32,000 nucleotides of DNA from positions 3,330,001 to 3,362,000 of the forward strand of contig NC_000962.3 in NCBI RefSeq assembly GCF_000195955.2. The letters are read 5' to 3'. Within the stretch, counting starts at the first letter, position 1. Each line of letters starts with the position of its first letter. The stretch comes from Mycobacterium tuberculosis H37Rv (lineage in GTDB: Bacteria > Actinomycetota > Actinomycetes > Mycobacteriales > Mycobacteriaceae). The notes below the pieces were generated by a model. It worked only from the letters and a program-made list of their open reading frames with translations, had not been told where the DNA came from and made no database searches. The position numbers were made by a program, and so were the translations under genes. This document shows positions 1 to 9,853 of the stretch, in pieces.

Positions 1-1361
1 ACCAGCTCGGTGCCTGGATGGTGGTCGTGCACATGCCGTTCCAGGACGACAGCCACGTCTTCGGTTACGCCGGCGCCAATTAGCACCGTCACCAGATCGC
101 CTCCCGATGCCAACAACAGGTCGACCAGACCGATGGCCGCCGCGGCGACATCGTCGGCGACGATCAGCACCTCGTCGCCCGCGATACCCAGACCGTCGCC
201 CGGCTTGCAGGTACCGGCCCAGGTCAGCGCCTTTTGGGTGGCAATGCGCACCGATCCGTGCCGGGAAGCACCGGCGGCACGGGCCATGCTGTAGCCGTCG
301 TCGACGGCCTGGCGGGCCGCGTCATGCACGGCCAGCGCGGCCAACCCCTGCACCATCGATCCGGTCGGCACGGGTACCACGTCGACGCCCCAGCCGATCG
401 CCGCGGTACACCCGGCCACCAGTTCTTCGGCGGCCACATAGCCATTGGGCAGCACCATCACGTGCGCGGCGCCGGTGTCTACCACGGCCCGCACCAGCTG
501 GTGGGCACTGATATCGGCGGCCGGTGTCACGGCGTCTGGACCCGGTCGCAGCACGCAGGCGCCCTCCCCGGCGAACAGCTCGGCGGCACCGTCGCCGTCG
601 ACGACCGCCAGCACGGCGCGGCCCCGCGTCCAGCCACCGGCCGGCAATCCGCTGGTCCCGGAACCGAGCGCCGAGATCACGATCCGGCTAACTCGCCCCA
701 CCGCCAATCCGGCTTCCACGGCGGCACCGGCGTCGTCGGTGTGGACGTGTACGGAGTAGCTGTCGGGCGGAGCAGCGGCGATGGCCACCGACTCACCCAA
801 TTCCTTGAGTCGATCCCGCAACTGGTCCGCCGCTGCAGCATCACATACCGCCAACAGATACATCACCTCGAATTGCGGGGCGGGGCGTTGGGTAGCCGTG
901 TCGGTCGGCAACGCGCGCGGCGAGGGTTCGTAGACCGCCCGGGCAGGTGCCTGCCCGCAGATGGTGGAGCGCAACGCGTCCAGCAGAACCAGCAGGCCCC
1001 GTCCGCCGGCGTCCACCGCGCCCGCATCGGCGAGCACGTCAAGCTGTTCGGGGGTCTTTTCCAGCGCGATGACCGCCGCGTCACCGGCGGCGGTGACCGC
1101 ACCGGCCAACCCCTCGTGCGCGCACTGGTCGACGGCTCCGGCGGCGGCCCGCAGCACCGAGACGATAGTTCCCGGCACCTCCACGCCACCCATCGACGCG
1201 ACGACCAACTCGACGCCGCGCCACAACGCGGCCCCGAGGGCGTTGGCGTCGACCGCCCGCAATACCGCGCCAGAGGCGGCGGCCGCAGTCGCGGTCACCT
1301 CTGCGATCCCGCGCAGGATCTGGGACAGGATCACGCCGGAGTTGCCGCGAGCTCCGTTCAA
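1..1361 (-). CDS. DAK2/FakA-like (YloV family) protein, large C-terminal part; runs off the left edge (Rv2974c-like)
   Basis: Minus-strand frame open from about 1361 to the window edge. It translates as TTG-AAC-GGA... (M/L)NGARGNSGVILSQILRGIAEVTATAAA..., matching the conserved GARGNSGVILSQ motif of FakA/DAK2 proteins. Start codon uncertain. Confidence 0.8.
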   Translation of the reverse strand, partial: MNGARGNSGVILSQILRGIAEVTATAAAASGAVLRAVDANALGAALWRGVELVVASMGGVEVPGTIVSVLRAAAGAVDQCAHEGLAGAVTAAGDAAVIALEKTPEQLDVLADAGAVDAGGRGLLVLLDALRSTICGQAPARAVYEPSPRALPTDTATQRPAPQFEVMYLLAVCDAAAADQLRDRLKELGESVAIAAAPPDSYSVHVHTDDAGAAVEAGLAVGRVSRIVISALGSGTSGLPAGGWTRGRAVLAVVDGDGAAELFAGEGACVLRPGPDAVTPAADISAHQLVRAVVDTGAAHVMVLPNGYVAAEELVAGCTAAIGWGVDVVPVPTGSMVQGLAALAVHDAARQAVDDGYSMARAAGASRHGSVRIATQKALTWAGTCKPGDGLGIAGDEVLIVADDVAAAAIGLVDLLLASGGDLVTVLIGAGVTEDVAVVLERHVHDHHPGTEL

Positions 1362-1636
1362 CGCGCGCCGGCCGCGAGAGCGGCCGCAACCCGCGCCACG
1401 TCTTCGGCGTCAGCCTGCGAATTCGCGTGCAAATCAGCTTCTACGACCGCGGCACGCATGGTGAACAGCATGTTGACGCCGGTATCGGAGTCAGCGACCG
1501 GGAACACATTGAGCCGGTTGATCTCGTCGATGTGGAGGATCAGATCGCTGACGACGGCGTGTGCCCAGTCCCGCAAGGCCGAGGCGTCCAACGGCCGATC
1601 CGCCGTCCCCACTACAACACACCTCCTCCGCAACAC
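1358..1636 (-). CDS. DAK2/FakA-like N-terminal fragment (Rv2975c-like), probably frameshifted from the downstream ORF
   Basis: ORF 92 aa containing DEINRLNVFPVADSDTGVNMLFTMRAAV, the typical N-terminus of the FakA/DhaL-like family; it ends abruptly at AALAAGAR*. Confidence 0.75.
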   Translation of the reverse strand: MLRRRCVVVGTADRPLDASALRDWAHAVVSDLILHIDEINRLNVFPVADSDTGVNMLFTMRAAVVEADLHANSQADAEDVARVAAALAAGAR

Positions 1637-1853
1637 ACCTCCTCCGCGCCAGCCCGCGCCCCGAGCCTAACCAGACGTGGTGACAGCACGGTCACGACGC
1701 CGCTCTCCCGGCCAAGGCGGGTGCTGACATGTCCGCGAAGGGCTGATCGTTTTGGCGCTACCGCACAACAATGGCTATCCTGTGCTAGCCGCGGGCTACA
1801 CGTAGGCGTCCCGGCCAGGTCGCCGGACCTAAGAGATTTGAGGAGCTTGACGA

Positions 1854-2048
1854 ATGGCCGCTGTGTGCGATATCTGCGGGAAAGGCCCCGGCTTCGGCAA
1901 GTCGGTGTCGCACTCCCACCGCCGCACCAGCCGCCGGTGGGATCCGAACATCCAGACTGTGCACGCCGTGACCCGTCCCGGCGGCAACAAGAAGCGACTC
2001 AACGTTTGCACATCCTGCATCAAGGCGGGCAAGATCACCCGCGGCTGA
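1854..2048 (+). CDS. rpmB: 50S ribosomal protein L28 (zinc-ribbon, cysteine-containing form)
   Basis: 64 aa: [36 protein letters not shown]...[15 protein letters not shown]; CxxC pairs present. Confidence 0.95.
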   Translation: MAAVCDICGKGPGFGKSVSHSHRRTSRRWDPNIQTVHAVTRPGGNKKRLNVCTSCIKAGKITRG

Positions 2049-2070
2049 CGCCCGGTAACACCTGCACGAC

Positions 2071-2754
2071 TCAGGGCAACCGCCAATCGATCGGCTCGGC
2101 ACCCATCCCGACGAGCAGTTCGTTGGCGCGGCTGAACGGACGCGAGCCGAAGAACCCGCGCGATGCCGATAGCGGTGAAGGATGCGGCGACTCGATCGCA
2201 ACGCAGTTGCCCGCGGCCAGCATCGGCTTCAGAGTCGACGCGTCACGACCCCACAGGATCGCCACCAGCGGCGCTGCGCGCGCCGCCAGGGCGCGAATCG
2301 CGCATTCCGTGACCGCTTCCCAGCCCTTGCCCCGGTGCGACGCCGGGTTGCTGGGTCGCACCGTCAGCACCCTGTTCAACAGCAACACACCGCGTTGCGC
2401 CCAGGGCGTCAGATCGCCGTTCGAGGGCAGCGGATAGCCCAAATCCGCGGTGTACTCGTCGAAGATGTTGGCCAGACTGCGCGGCCACGGACGTACATCA
2501 GGGGCCACCGAGAAGCTAAGACCCACAGCATGTCCTGGAGTCGGATAAGGGTCTTGGCCAACGATAAGGACACGGACGTTGTCGAACGGGAAAGTGAAGG
2601 CGCGCAACACATTCGATCCGGCGGGCAGGTATCTGCGCCCGGCCGCGATCTCGGCCCGCAAGAACTGCCCCATGTGGGCCACCTGGTCGGCCACCGGCTC
2701 GAGCGCGGCGGCCCACCCCCGCTCGACGAGCTCACTCAACGGCCGTGCGGTCAC
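2071..2754 (-). CDS. ung: Uracil-DNA glycosylase
   Basis: 227 aa with [22 protein letters not shown] and [24 protein letters not shown], the diagnostic UDG family 1 motifs. Confidence 0.98.
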
Positions 2755-2786
2755 TGCATCCCTTTCGCGTACAGACGGTCACCGCG

Positions 2787-3788
2787 TCACCCTAGCGAAC
2801 CTTGATTGTCTGGCTCCCCAAACGATTGCCAGCCCGCGTATCCAGTCCACTCCTCGCCGTCGACCAGCACCCTAGCCGGCCCGTCGAGAACCCGGCCAAT
2901 GGTGCGCCACCCGGCCGGCACCGGACCGACGAAACAGGCGACCAGGGCATGATCTTCACCCCCGCTTAGCACCCACGGCCAGGGGTCGGTGCCCAGAGCG
3001 GTTGCGGCCGCAGTCAAAGCGTCGCGGTCAGCGGCCAACGCCGCGGCGGACAGGTCGATGCGCACGCCGGATGCCTCGGCGATGTGCCGCAGATCGGCGA
3101 GCAGCCCGTCGGAGACATCGATCATCGCTTGAGCCCCGACAGCCGCGGCCGCCGCGCCGTGGCCGTAGGGCGGCTGCGGCACCAAATGGCGGCGGCGCAG
3201 TTCGGCGAAGTCTTCAATCCCGTTGCACCACAGCGCATAGCCAGCAGCCGAGCGGCCCAGCTCACCGACGACGGCCAGCACCGAGCCGGCCTTCGCCCCG
3301 GAGCGCAGCACCGGGGCACGACCGTCAAGGTCACCAATCGCGGTGACCGACACCACCCACTGCCGGCAGCTGACCAGATCGCCGCCGACGATGCCGGCAC
3401 CAATGCGCCCCGCCTCCTCCCACATTCCGTCGACCAACGCGCTCGCCTGCGCCGCCGGCGTCTCAGCGGGTGCTCCAAAGCCGACCACGAACGCGGTGGC
3501 CCGCGCCCCCATCGCCTCGATGTCGGCGGCATTCTGGGCGATCGCCTTGCGGCCGACGTCCTGCGGTGTCGACCAGTCCAGCCGGAAGTGACTATCTTGC
3601 ACCAGCATGTCCGTCGACACCACAGTGCGACCATCGCCGGCAGACACCAGCGCGGCATCGTCGCCGGGCCCGAGCAGTACCGTGGCGGGTTGTCGGCGCC
3701 CCCGCACCAGCCGGTCGATCACGGCGAACTCGCCGAGCTGCTGCAGCGTCGGGGACTCCGTTGCAAGTGAGTGATCTTTAGTGGTCAC
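2787..3788 (-). CDS. thiL: Thiamine-monophosphate kinase
   Basis: 333 aa; GEFAVIDRLV...LLGPGDDAALV..., STDMLVQDSHF, IDVSDGLLADL motifs. Confidence 0.95.
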   Translation of the reverse strand: MTTKDHSLATESPTLQQLGEFAVIDRLVRGRRQPATVLLGPGDDAALVSAGDGRTVVSTDMLVQDSHFRLDWSTPQDVGRKAIAQNAADIEAMGARATAFVVGFGAPAETPAAQASALVDGMWEEAGRIGAGIVGGDLVSCRQWVVSVTAIGDLDGRAPVLRSGAKAGSVLAVVGELGRSAAGYALWCNGIEDFAELRRRHLVPQPPYGHGAAAAAVGAQAMIDVSDGLLADLRHIAEASGVRIDLSAAALAADRDALTAAATALGTDPWPWVLSGGEDHALVACFVGPVPAGWRTIGRVLDGPARVLVDGEEWTGYAGWQSFGEPDNQGSLG

Positions 3789-5164
3789 GCGACTTGCACC
3801 CCGTCTCGGGGTTGTTCGGCAGCCTTGGGGCTGCTTCCCTTCCGCGCTTCACAGCCACCTGCCGGGCGAGGCCCGGTCTTACGGTCGGCTCCACGCTTGA
3901 CGGCGGCCCCAACTGGGCCGACGATGCTGGATGTTTCCTCGTAGCGTGCGAGGTTGATGGCAGCGCAGTCATCACGCTGATGGACCACTGAGCATCGGTC
4001 GCATTGCCATTGTTCGTCCCAGCCGATGTCTTGCACATGCCGGCAGGCGTGGCAGGTTTTCGACGACGGGAACCAGCGGTCGGCGACCACCAGCGCCGAC
4101 CCGTACCAGACTGTCTTGTAGGACAAGTGCCGACGCGGAGTGCCCAGGGCCGCATCCGACAGTCCGCGCCGACGAGCGCGGGCACCCGGCAACCCTTTTT
4201 GCCGCAACATCTCTGTCGCGTCCAAGCCTTCGACAACAATGCGGCCGTGGGTTTGAGCCAACCGTGTCGTCAGGACGTGCAGGTGATGGGTGCGGACATC
4301 GTTGACCCGGCGATGCAACCGGGAAATCTGAGTGGTGCGCTCACGGTAGCGCCGTGAACCTTTCGTGCAACGCGAACGGGCCCGGCACACGTGGCGTAGC
4401 TCGCGCAGCGCGGCGCCGAGCGGTCGTGGGTTCTCAACCTGCTCGATCGCCGTGCCGTCAGCGGTGGCGACCGTCGCCAGGCGCCGGACCCCGACATCGA
4501 CACCAACCCGCGAACCGGGGTGCACCACCTTCGGCTGCTGCGGACGCTGGACAAGCACCCGCACACTGGCATCCAGACGAGTGCCGTTGCGGCGCACCGA
4601 GATCGCCAATACTCGCGCCCGACCGGCCTTGATCAGGCGTTCGATACGGCGGGTGTTCTCGTGCGTGCGGACGGTCCCGATGACCGGCAGGGTGAGGTGA
4701 CGGCGGTCGGGTTCCACACGCATCGCTCCGGTCGTGAACGACACTCGATCCTGGTCGCGGCCTTTGCGTTTGAAACGGGGAAACCCGACCCGTTTACCGG
4801 CGCGTTTGCCGGCGCGGGAGGTCTGCCAGTTCCAGTACGCCTCGACCGCACCCGCGATGCCATCGGCGTAGGCCTCTTTTGAGCATTCAGGCCACCACGC
4901 GACACCGGTCTCGGTGTTGACGCACACGTCGTCCTTGACGGTGTTCCAGCGTTTGCGCAGCACGCGCAGCGACGGTTTCGCTGTCACGGTCCCGCTGGCA
5001 TGCCACGCCTGGATGTCGGCTTTCAGGGTGGCCACGGTCCAGTTGTATGCCTTGCGACGAGCACCGAAATGCCGTGCCAGCGCCTTGGCCTGGTCCTCGG
5101 TCGGGTCCAGCGTGAACCGAAACGCTTGGACCGTCCAGCCATCGGGAACCTCGAACTTGGGCAT
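3785..5164 (-). CDS. tnpB: TnpB, IS607-family RNA-guided nuclease/accessory transposase (Rv2978c-like)
   Basis: 459 aa; RuvC-like motifs GVDVGVRRLATV, IVVEGLDATEML, RDDCAAINLARY and zinc finger CHACRHV...CDRC. Confidence 0.93.
   Translation of the reverse strand: MPKFEVPDGWTVQAFRFTLDPTEDQAKALARHFGARRKAYNWTVATLKADIQAWHASGTVTAKPSLRVLRKRWNTVKDDVCVNTETGVAWWPECSKEAYADGIAGAVEAYWNWQTSRAGKRAGKRVGFPRFKRKGRDQDRVSFTTGAMRVEPDRRHLTLPVIGTVRTHENTRRIERLIKAGRARVLAISVRRNGTRLDASVRVLVQRPQQPKVVHPGSRVGVDVGVRRLATVATADGTAIEQVENPRPLGAALRELRHVCRARSRCTKGSRRYRERTTQISRLHRRVNDVRTHHLHVLTTRLAQTHGRIVVEGLDATEMLRQKGLPGARARRRGLSDAALGTPRRHLSYKTVWYGSALVVADRWFPSSKTCHACRHVQDIGWDEQWQCDRCSVVHQRDDCAAINLARYEETSSIVGPVGAAVKRGADRKTGPRPAGGCEARKGSSPKAAEQPRDGVQVA
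3795..3880 (-). ncRNA. Candidate omegaRNA/reRNA scaffold of the IS607 TnpB (approximate; real 5' and 3' ends unknown)
   Basis: Three hairpins in the last ~90 nt of tnpB: 3862-3876 ccgggc-gag-gcccgg, 3819-3834 gcagcc-ttgg-ggctgc, 3799-3811 ccccg-tct-cgggg. TnpB guide RNAs are normally encoded at the tnpB 3' end. Confidence 0.45.
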
Positions 5165-5748
5165 CAGGCGGCCTCATGGTCCTCGCCAGCAGCGGCCGCC
5201 AATGCGCGCTTGGTTCGATTCTCGGCAGCCCGTTTGCCATACAGACGGGCGCACATCGACGTCAGGATCTCGGTCATATCCCGCACCAGGTCGTCATCGA
5301 CCTCGGCAGAGTCGACTACCACCAGTTCGCGGCCCTGCGCCGCAAACGCTGCCTGCACGTACTTCGAGCCCAACCGGCAGAACCGATCCCGGTGCTCCAC
5401 CACGATCCGGTGGACTGACGGGTCGCGCAGCAGTGAAAGGAACTTACGGCGGTGCTCGTTGAACGCGGAACCGACCTCGGTCACGACCTTGTCGACTGGC
5501 ATCTGTTGGGCCGTGGCCCACGCGGTCACCCGCGCGACCTGCCGATCCAGATCGGCTTTCTGATCGGCCGACGACACCCGTGCATACACCGCGGTCGGTG
5601 ATCGCATGCCAGCGTCCCCAGCCGGTTCGTCGACGAGAATCAGTCGGCCCACTCGCCTCGCCATCACCGACAACAGACCAGCACGAAACCAGCGGTAGGC
5701 GGTCCCCGGAGCAACACCGTTGCGCTCCGCCCACGTCGCCAGGTTCAT
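5164..5748 (-). CDS. tnpA: IS607-family serine resolvase/transposase TnpA (Rv2979c-like)
   Basis: MNLATWAERNGVAPGTAYRWFRAGLL (MerR-like HTH) followed by VYARVSSADQKADLDRQ (catalytic Ser). Start chosen at the internal Met, 194 aa; the ORF extends to 5778. Confidence 0.9.
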   Translation of the reverse strand: MNLATWAERNGVAPGTAYRWFRAGLLSVMARRVGRLILVDEPAGDAGMRSPTAVYARVSSADQKADLDRQVARVTAWATAQQMPVDKVVTEVGSAFNEHRRKFLSLLRDPSVHRIVVEHRDRFCRLGSKYVQAAFAAQGRELVVVDSAEVDDDLVRDMTEILTSMCARLYGKRAAENRTKRALAAAAGEDHEAA

Positions 5749-5959
5749 ATCTCTGTTCCTACCGCACGCCACTGACAACTACCGACCACTCAACCCGCAA
5801 CAGCTGGCACCCCCCGATGCGTCGTCGCCCACGCCGCCTCCTTCGGCCCGTTCTGGCCCTGTGGACCTTCGAACACCTCGCCCGACCTGCGGTAAGTTGA
5901 GTCACTGCCGGCGCGAGCGGACCGCGCCAGTGTATGAGAGCAAAGAGGTGGCCGCGCAG

Positions 5960-6505
5960 GTGACAGGCGAGTCCGACGGGCCGCCGCGCGCCGTGCTGAT
6001 CGCCGCGGCGGCGCTGGCGGCGGCGGTGATCGGGGTAATCCTGGTTGTCGCGGCGAACCGCCAGCCGCCGGAGCGACCGGTTGTCATTCCGGCCGTGCCC
6101 GCTCCGCAGGCCACCGGTCCCGGCTGCAAAGCACTGCTGGCGGCGCTGCCTCAACGACTCGGCGAGTATCGGCGCGCGCCCGTCGCGGAGCCGACCACTG
6201 CGGGTGCCACGGCCTGGCGAACGGGGCCAAACAGCACACCGGTGATTTTGCGCTGTGGACTCGACCGCCCGGCCGAGTTCGTGGTGGGTTCGGCCATCCA
6301 AGTCGTCGATCGGGTGCAGTGGTTTCAGGTGGCCGCGCAAAACCCGGACGAGCCAGGCCGGTCCACCTGGTACACCGTGGACCGGCCGGTGTATGTGGCG
6401 CTGACACTCCCCTCGGGATCGGGGCCCACCGCGATCCAGGAATTGTCAGACGTTATCGACCACACCATCCCCGCGGTACCCATCGACCCGGCGCCGGCTC
6501 GCTAG
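5960..6505 (+). CDS. DUF3515-family membrane-anchored protein (Rv2980-like)
   Basis: GTG start, 181 aa; N-terminal hydrophobic helix AVLIAAAALAAAVIGVILVVA, then PGCKALLAALPQRLGEYRRAPV typical of DUF3515. Confidence 0.85.
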   Translation: MTGESDGPPRAVLIAAAALAAAVIGVILVVAANRQPPERPVVIPAVPAPQATGPGCKALLAALPQRLGEYRRAPVAEPTTAGATAWRTGPNSTPVILRCGLDRPAEFVVGSAIQVVDRVQWFQVAAQNPDEPGRSTWYTVDRPVYVALTLPSGSGPTAIQELSDVIDHTIPAVPIDPAPAR

Positions 6506-6798
6506 TGCCGATCGCAAGCGCGGCGCTTGCGCCGGGCGCGGCGGGTCGGCACCATCGGGCTAAGTGCCGATCGCAAGCGCGGCGCTTGCGCCGGGCGCGG
6601 CGGGTCGGCACCATCGGGCTAAGTGCCGATCGCAAGCGCGGCGCTTGCGCCGGGCGCGGCGGGTCGGCACCATCGGGCTAAGTGCCGATCGCAAGCGCGG
6701 CGCTAGCGCCGGGCGCGGCGGGTCGGCACCATCGGGCTAAGTGCCGATCGCAAGCGCGGCGCTAGCGCCGGGCGCGGCGGGTCGGCACCATCGGGCTA
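6505..6798. repeat. 59-bp tandem repeat (VNTR), 5 copies; matches the locus I know as QUB-3336
   Basis: gtgccgatcgcaagcgcggcgcttgcgccgggcgcggcgggtcggcaccatcgggctaa starts at 6505, 6564, 6623, 6682, 6741. Copies 4-5 carry gctagc for gcttgc; the last copy is about 1-2 nt short. Confidence 0.95.
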
Positions 6799-7917
6799 GT
6801 GCAGGCCCACGCCGCGGGCCAATGTCGTCTCGATCATCGTCGCCAGCAGGGTCGGATAGTCGACACCGCTGGCCGCCCACATCCGCGGGTACATCGAGAT
6901 CGTGGTGAATCCCGGCATCGTGTTGATCTCGTTGATCACCGGACCGTCGTCGGTGAGGAAGAAGTCCACCCTGGCCAGACCCCGGCAGTCGATAGCCGCG
7001 AACGCCCGGATCGCCAGCTGACGAATCGCCTCTGCGACCTGGTCATCGACCTTGGCGGGCACGTCCAATTCGGCTGCGTCGTCGAGATACTTGGTTGCGA
7101 AGTCGTAGAAAGAGTCCTCGCGTCCCCGCACCCCGGCCACCCGGATCTCCCCCAGCGTGCTGGCTTCCAGTGTGCCGTCCGGCATTTCGAGCACACCGCA
7201 TTCCAGCTCGCGGCCGCTGATCGCGGCCTCGACGATGACCTTAGGGTCATGCCGGCGGGCCCGCGCGACCGCGGCGGGCAGTTGATCCCAACTCGACACC
7301 CGGCTAACACCGATCGACGAGCCGCCTCGGGCGGGTTTGACGAACACCGGTAAGCCCAGCCGTTCGCACTCCTGGCGGTGCAGTGTCGACCGCGGCGGAC
7401 GCAGCACCGCGTACGCACCCACCGGAAGTCCATCGGCGGCGAGCAGCTTCTTGGTGAACTCCTTGTCCATGCCGACGGCACTGGCCAGCACACCGGCGCC
7501 CACGTAGGGCACCCCGGCGAGTTCGAGCAGTCCCTGGATCGTGCCGTCCTCGCCGTACGGGCCGTGCAGTACCGGGAACACCACGTCGACCGACTCCAGA
7601 ACCTCGCCGGCCCCGGGCGGCAGCGACACCAACTGGCCACCACGCCGCGGATCGGCCGGCAGCGCCAGCTCGGTGCCCGATCCTGATTTGACCTGAGGAA
7701 GCTCCCGGTTGGTGATCGTCAGGGCGTCGGGGTTGGCGTCGGTGAGCACCCACGAACCTGCCGGGGTGATACCCACCGCGATCACGTCGAACCGCCGCGA
7801 GTCCAGGTTGCGCAGGATGCTGCCGGCGGACACACACGAGATGGCGTGCTCGTTGCTGCGCCCGCCGAACACGACGGCAACGCGGACACGCCGATCACGC
7901 CGGTCGTTAGCACTCAC
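6796..7917 (-). CDS. ddlA: D-alanine--D-alanine ligase
   Basis: 373 aa; [58 protein letters not shown]. Confidence 0.97.
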   Translation of the reverse strand: MSANDRRDRRVRVAVVFGGRSNEHAISCVSAGSILRNLDSRRFDVIAVGITPAGSWVLTDANPDALTITNRELPQVKSGSGTELALPADPRRGGQLVSLPPGAGEVLESVDVVFPVLHGPYGEDGTIQGLLELAGVPYVGAGVLASAVGMDKEFTKKLLAADGLPVGAYAVLRPPRSTLHRQECERLGLPVFVKPARGGSSIGVSRVSSWDQLPAAVARARRHDPKVIVEAAISGRELECGVLEMPDGTLEASTLGEIRVAGVRGREDSFYDFATKYLDDAAELDVPAKVDDQVAEAIRQLAIRAFAAIDCRGLARVDFFLTDDGPVINEINTMPGFTTISMYPRMWAASGVDYPTLLATMIETTLARGVGLH

Positions 7918-7994
7918 AACCTGCAGAGGCTACCGGGTCAGGCAGACGGGCTCCCACGAGCTGCAGTTTTCGGTCGTGCCGGCCCGTGCGAGGC

Positions 7995-8999
7995 TCATTC
8001 GGGCTTGGTGCGGCGACCCAGCAGCAGCGTTATCGCCTCGTCCACCGACAGCCCTTTATGACAGACCCGATGCACCGCGTCGGTGAGTGGCATTTCGACG
8101 TCGTAGCTGGACGCCAGCGCGAGCACGGATTCGCACGACGTCACGCCTTCGACGACATGACAAGCCTTGCCCGCCGACTGCAACGTTTCGCCCCGGCCCA
8201 GGCGTTCGCCAAACGATCGGTTGCGCGAACGCGGTGAGGTGCAGGTGGCCACCAGATCACCGACCCCTGCCAGACCGGCCAACGTCGCGCCGTTGGCGCC
8301 GAGCGCCGTCCCGAGCCGGATGATCTCCGCCAGGCCCCGGGTGATGATCGCGGCCGCGGTGTTTTCGCCCAGCCCGATGCCCACCGCCATTCCGCACGCA
8401 AGCGCGATGATGTTCTTGCACGCCCCGCCGATCTCGGTGCCGACGACATCGGCGTTGGTGTAGGGGCGGAAGTACCCGCTGTTCAGCGCGCGCTGCAAGG
8501 CAACCGCGCGGCCGGAGTCGCTGCACGCGACGACGGTAGCGGCGGGCTGGCATTCGGCGATCTCGCTGGCCAGGTTGGGTCCAGAGATCACCGCGACCTG
8601 CGGCGGCTCGGCACCGGTCACCGAGATGATGACCTGGCTCATCCGCATCAGGGTGCCCAACTCGATGCCCTTGGCCAGACTGACCAAGGTCGCACCCTCG
8701 GGCAACAGGGGAGCCCACCGCTCGAGATTGGCCCGCATGGTCTGCGCGGGCACTCCCAACAGCACCGTGGATGCGCCCCCAAGTGCCTCCTCGGCATCTG
8801 CGGTGGCATGAATGCTCGGTGGTAACAGCGCACCGGGCAGATAGTCGGGGTTATATCGGGTGGTATTGATCTGATCGGCCACCTCAGCTCGCCGCGCCCA
8901 CAGCGTGACCTCTCCGCCCGCGTCGGCCAGCACCTTAGCCAGGGCCGTGCCCCATGCACCGGCGCCCATCACCGCGACGGTGCTTGCTATTCCGGCCAT
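7995..8999 (-). CDS. gpsA: NAD(P)-dependent glycerol-3-phosphate dehydrogenase
   Basis: [37 protein letters not shown]; GNLASEIAE-type and [21 protein letters not shown] motifs. Confidence 0.96.
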   Translation of the reverse strand: MAGIASTVAVMGAGAWGTALAKVLADAGGEVTLWARRAEVADQINTTRYNPDYLPGALLPPSIHATADAEEALGGASTVLLGVPAQTMRANLERWAPLLPEGATLVSLAKGIELGTLMRMSQVIISVTGAEPPQVAVISGPNLASEIAECQPAATVVACSDSGRAVALQRALNSGYFRPYTNADVVGTEIGGACKNIIALACGMAVGIGLGENTAAAIITRGLAEIIRLGTALGANGATLAGLAGVGDLVATCTSPRSRNRSFGERLGRGETLQSAGKACHVVEGVTSCESVLALASSYDVEMPLTDAVHRVCHKGLSVDEAITLLLGRRTKPE

Positions 9000-9012
9000 C
9001 CACACACACTAA

Positions 9013-9762
<750 letters not shown>

Positions 9763-9853
9763 CCGGGACGGGGCAACGCCGGCGAGGCATCCAGGGGGTG
9801 AACGGCAGACCAACGGCGAACGGATGCCTGCCGAGTGCTGGCAACCCCACCCA

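Larger units (their letters stand above)
3785..5778 (-). mobile_element. IS607-family insertion sequence (IS1538-like), serine resolvase plus TnpB; exact ends not determined
   Basis: Adjacent minus-strand genes: a small MerR-HTH/serine resolvase overlapping a tnpB by 1 nt, the IS607 architecture. The boundaries given are the ORF extents, not mapped ends. Confidence 0.85.

Noticed and set aside
234-1670. + strand 478-aa ORF
   Set aside because: Antisense to the DAK2/FakA-like coding sequence, with His/Arg/Gly-rich composition typical of high-GC shadow ORFs.
3778-4239. Minus-strand 153-aa ORF inside tnpB as an extra IS gene
   Set aside because: Out-of-frame shadow ORF over the tnpB 3' portion without recognisable domain content.
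6505-6798. CRISPR array
   Set aside because: Repeats are directly contiguous 59-bp units with no unique spacers; this is a VNTR.
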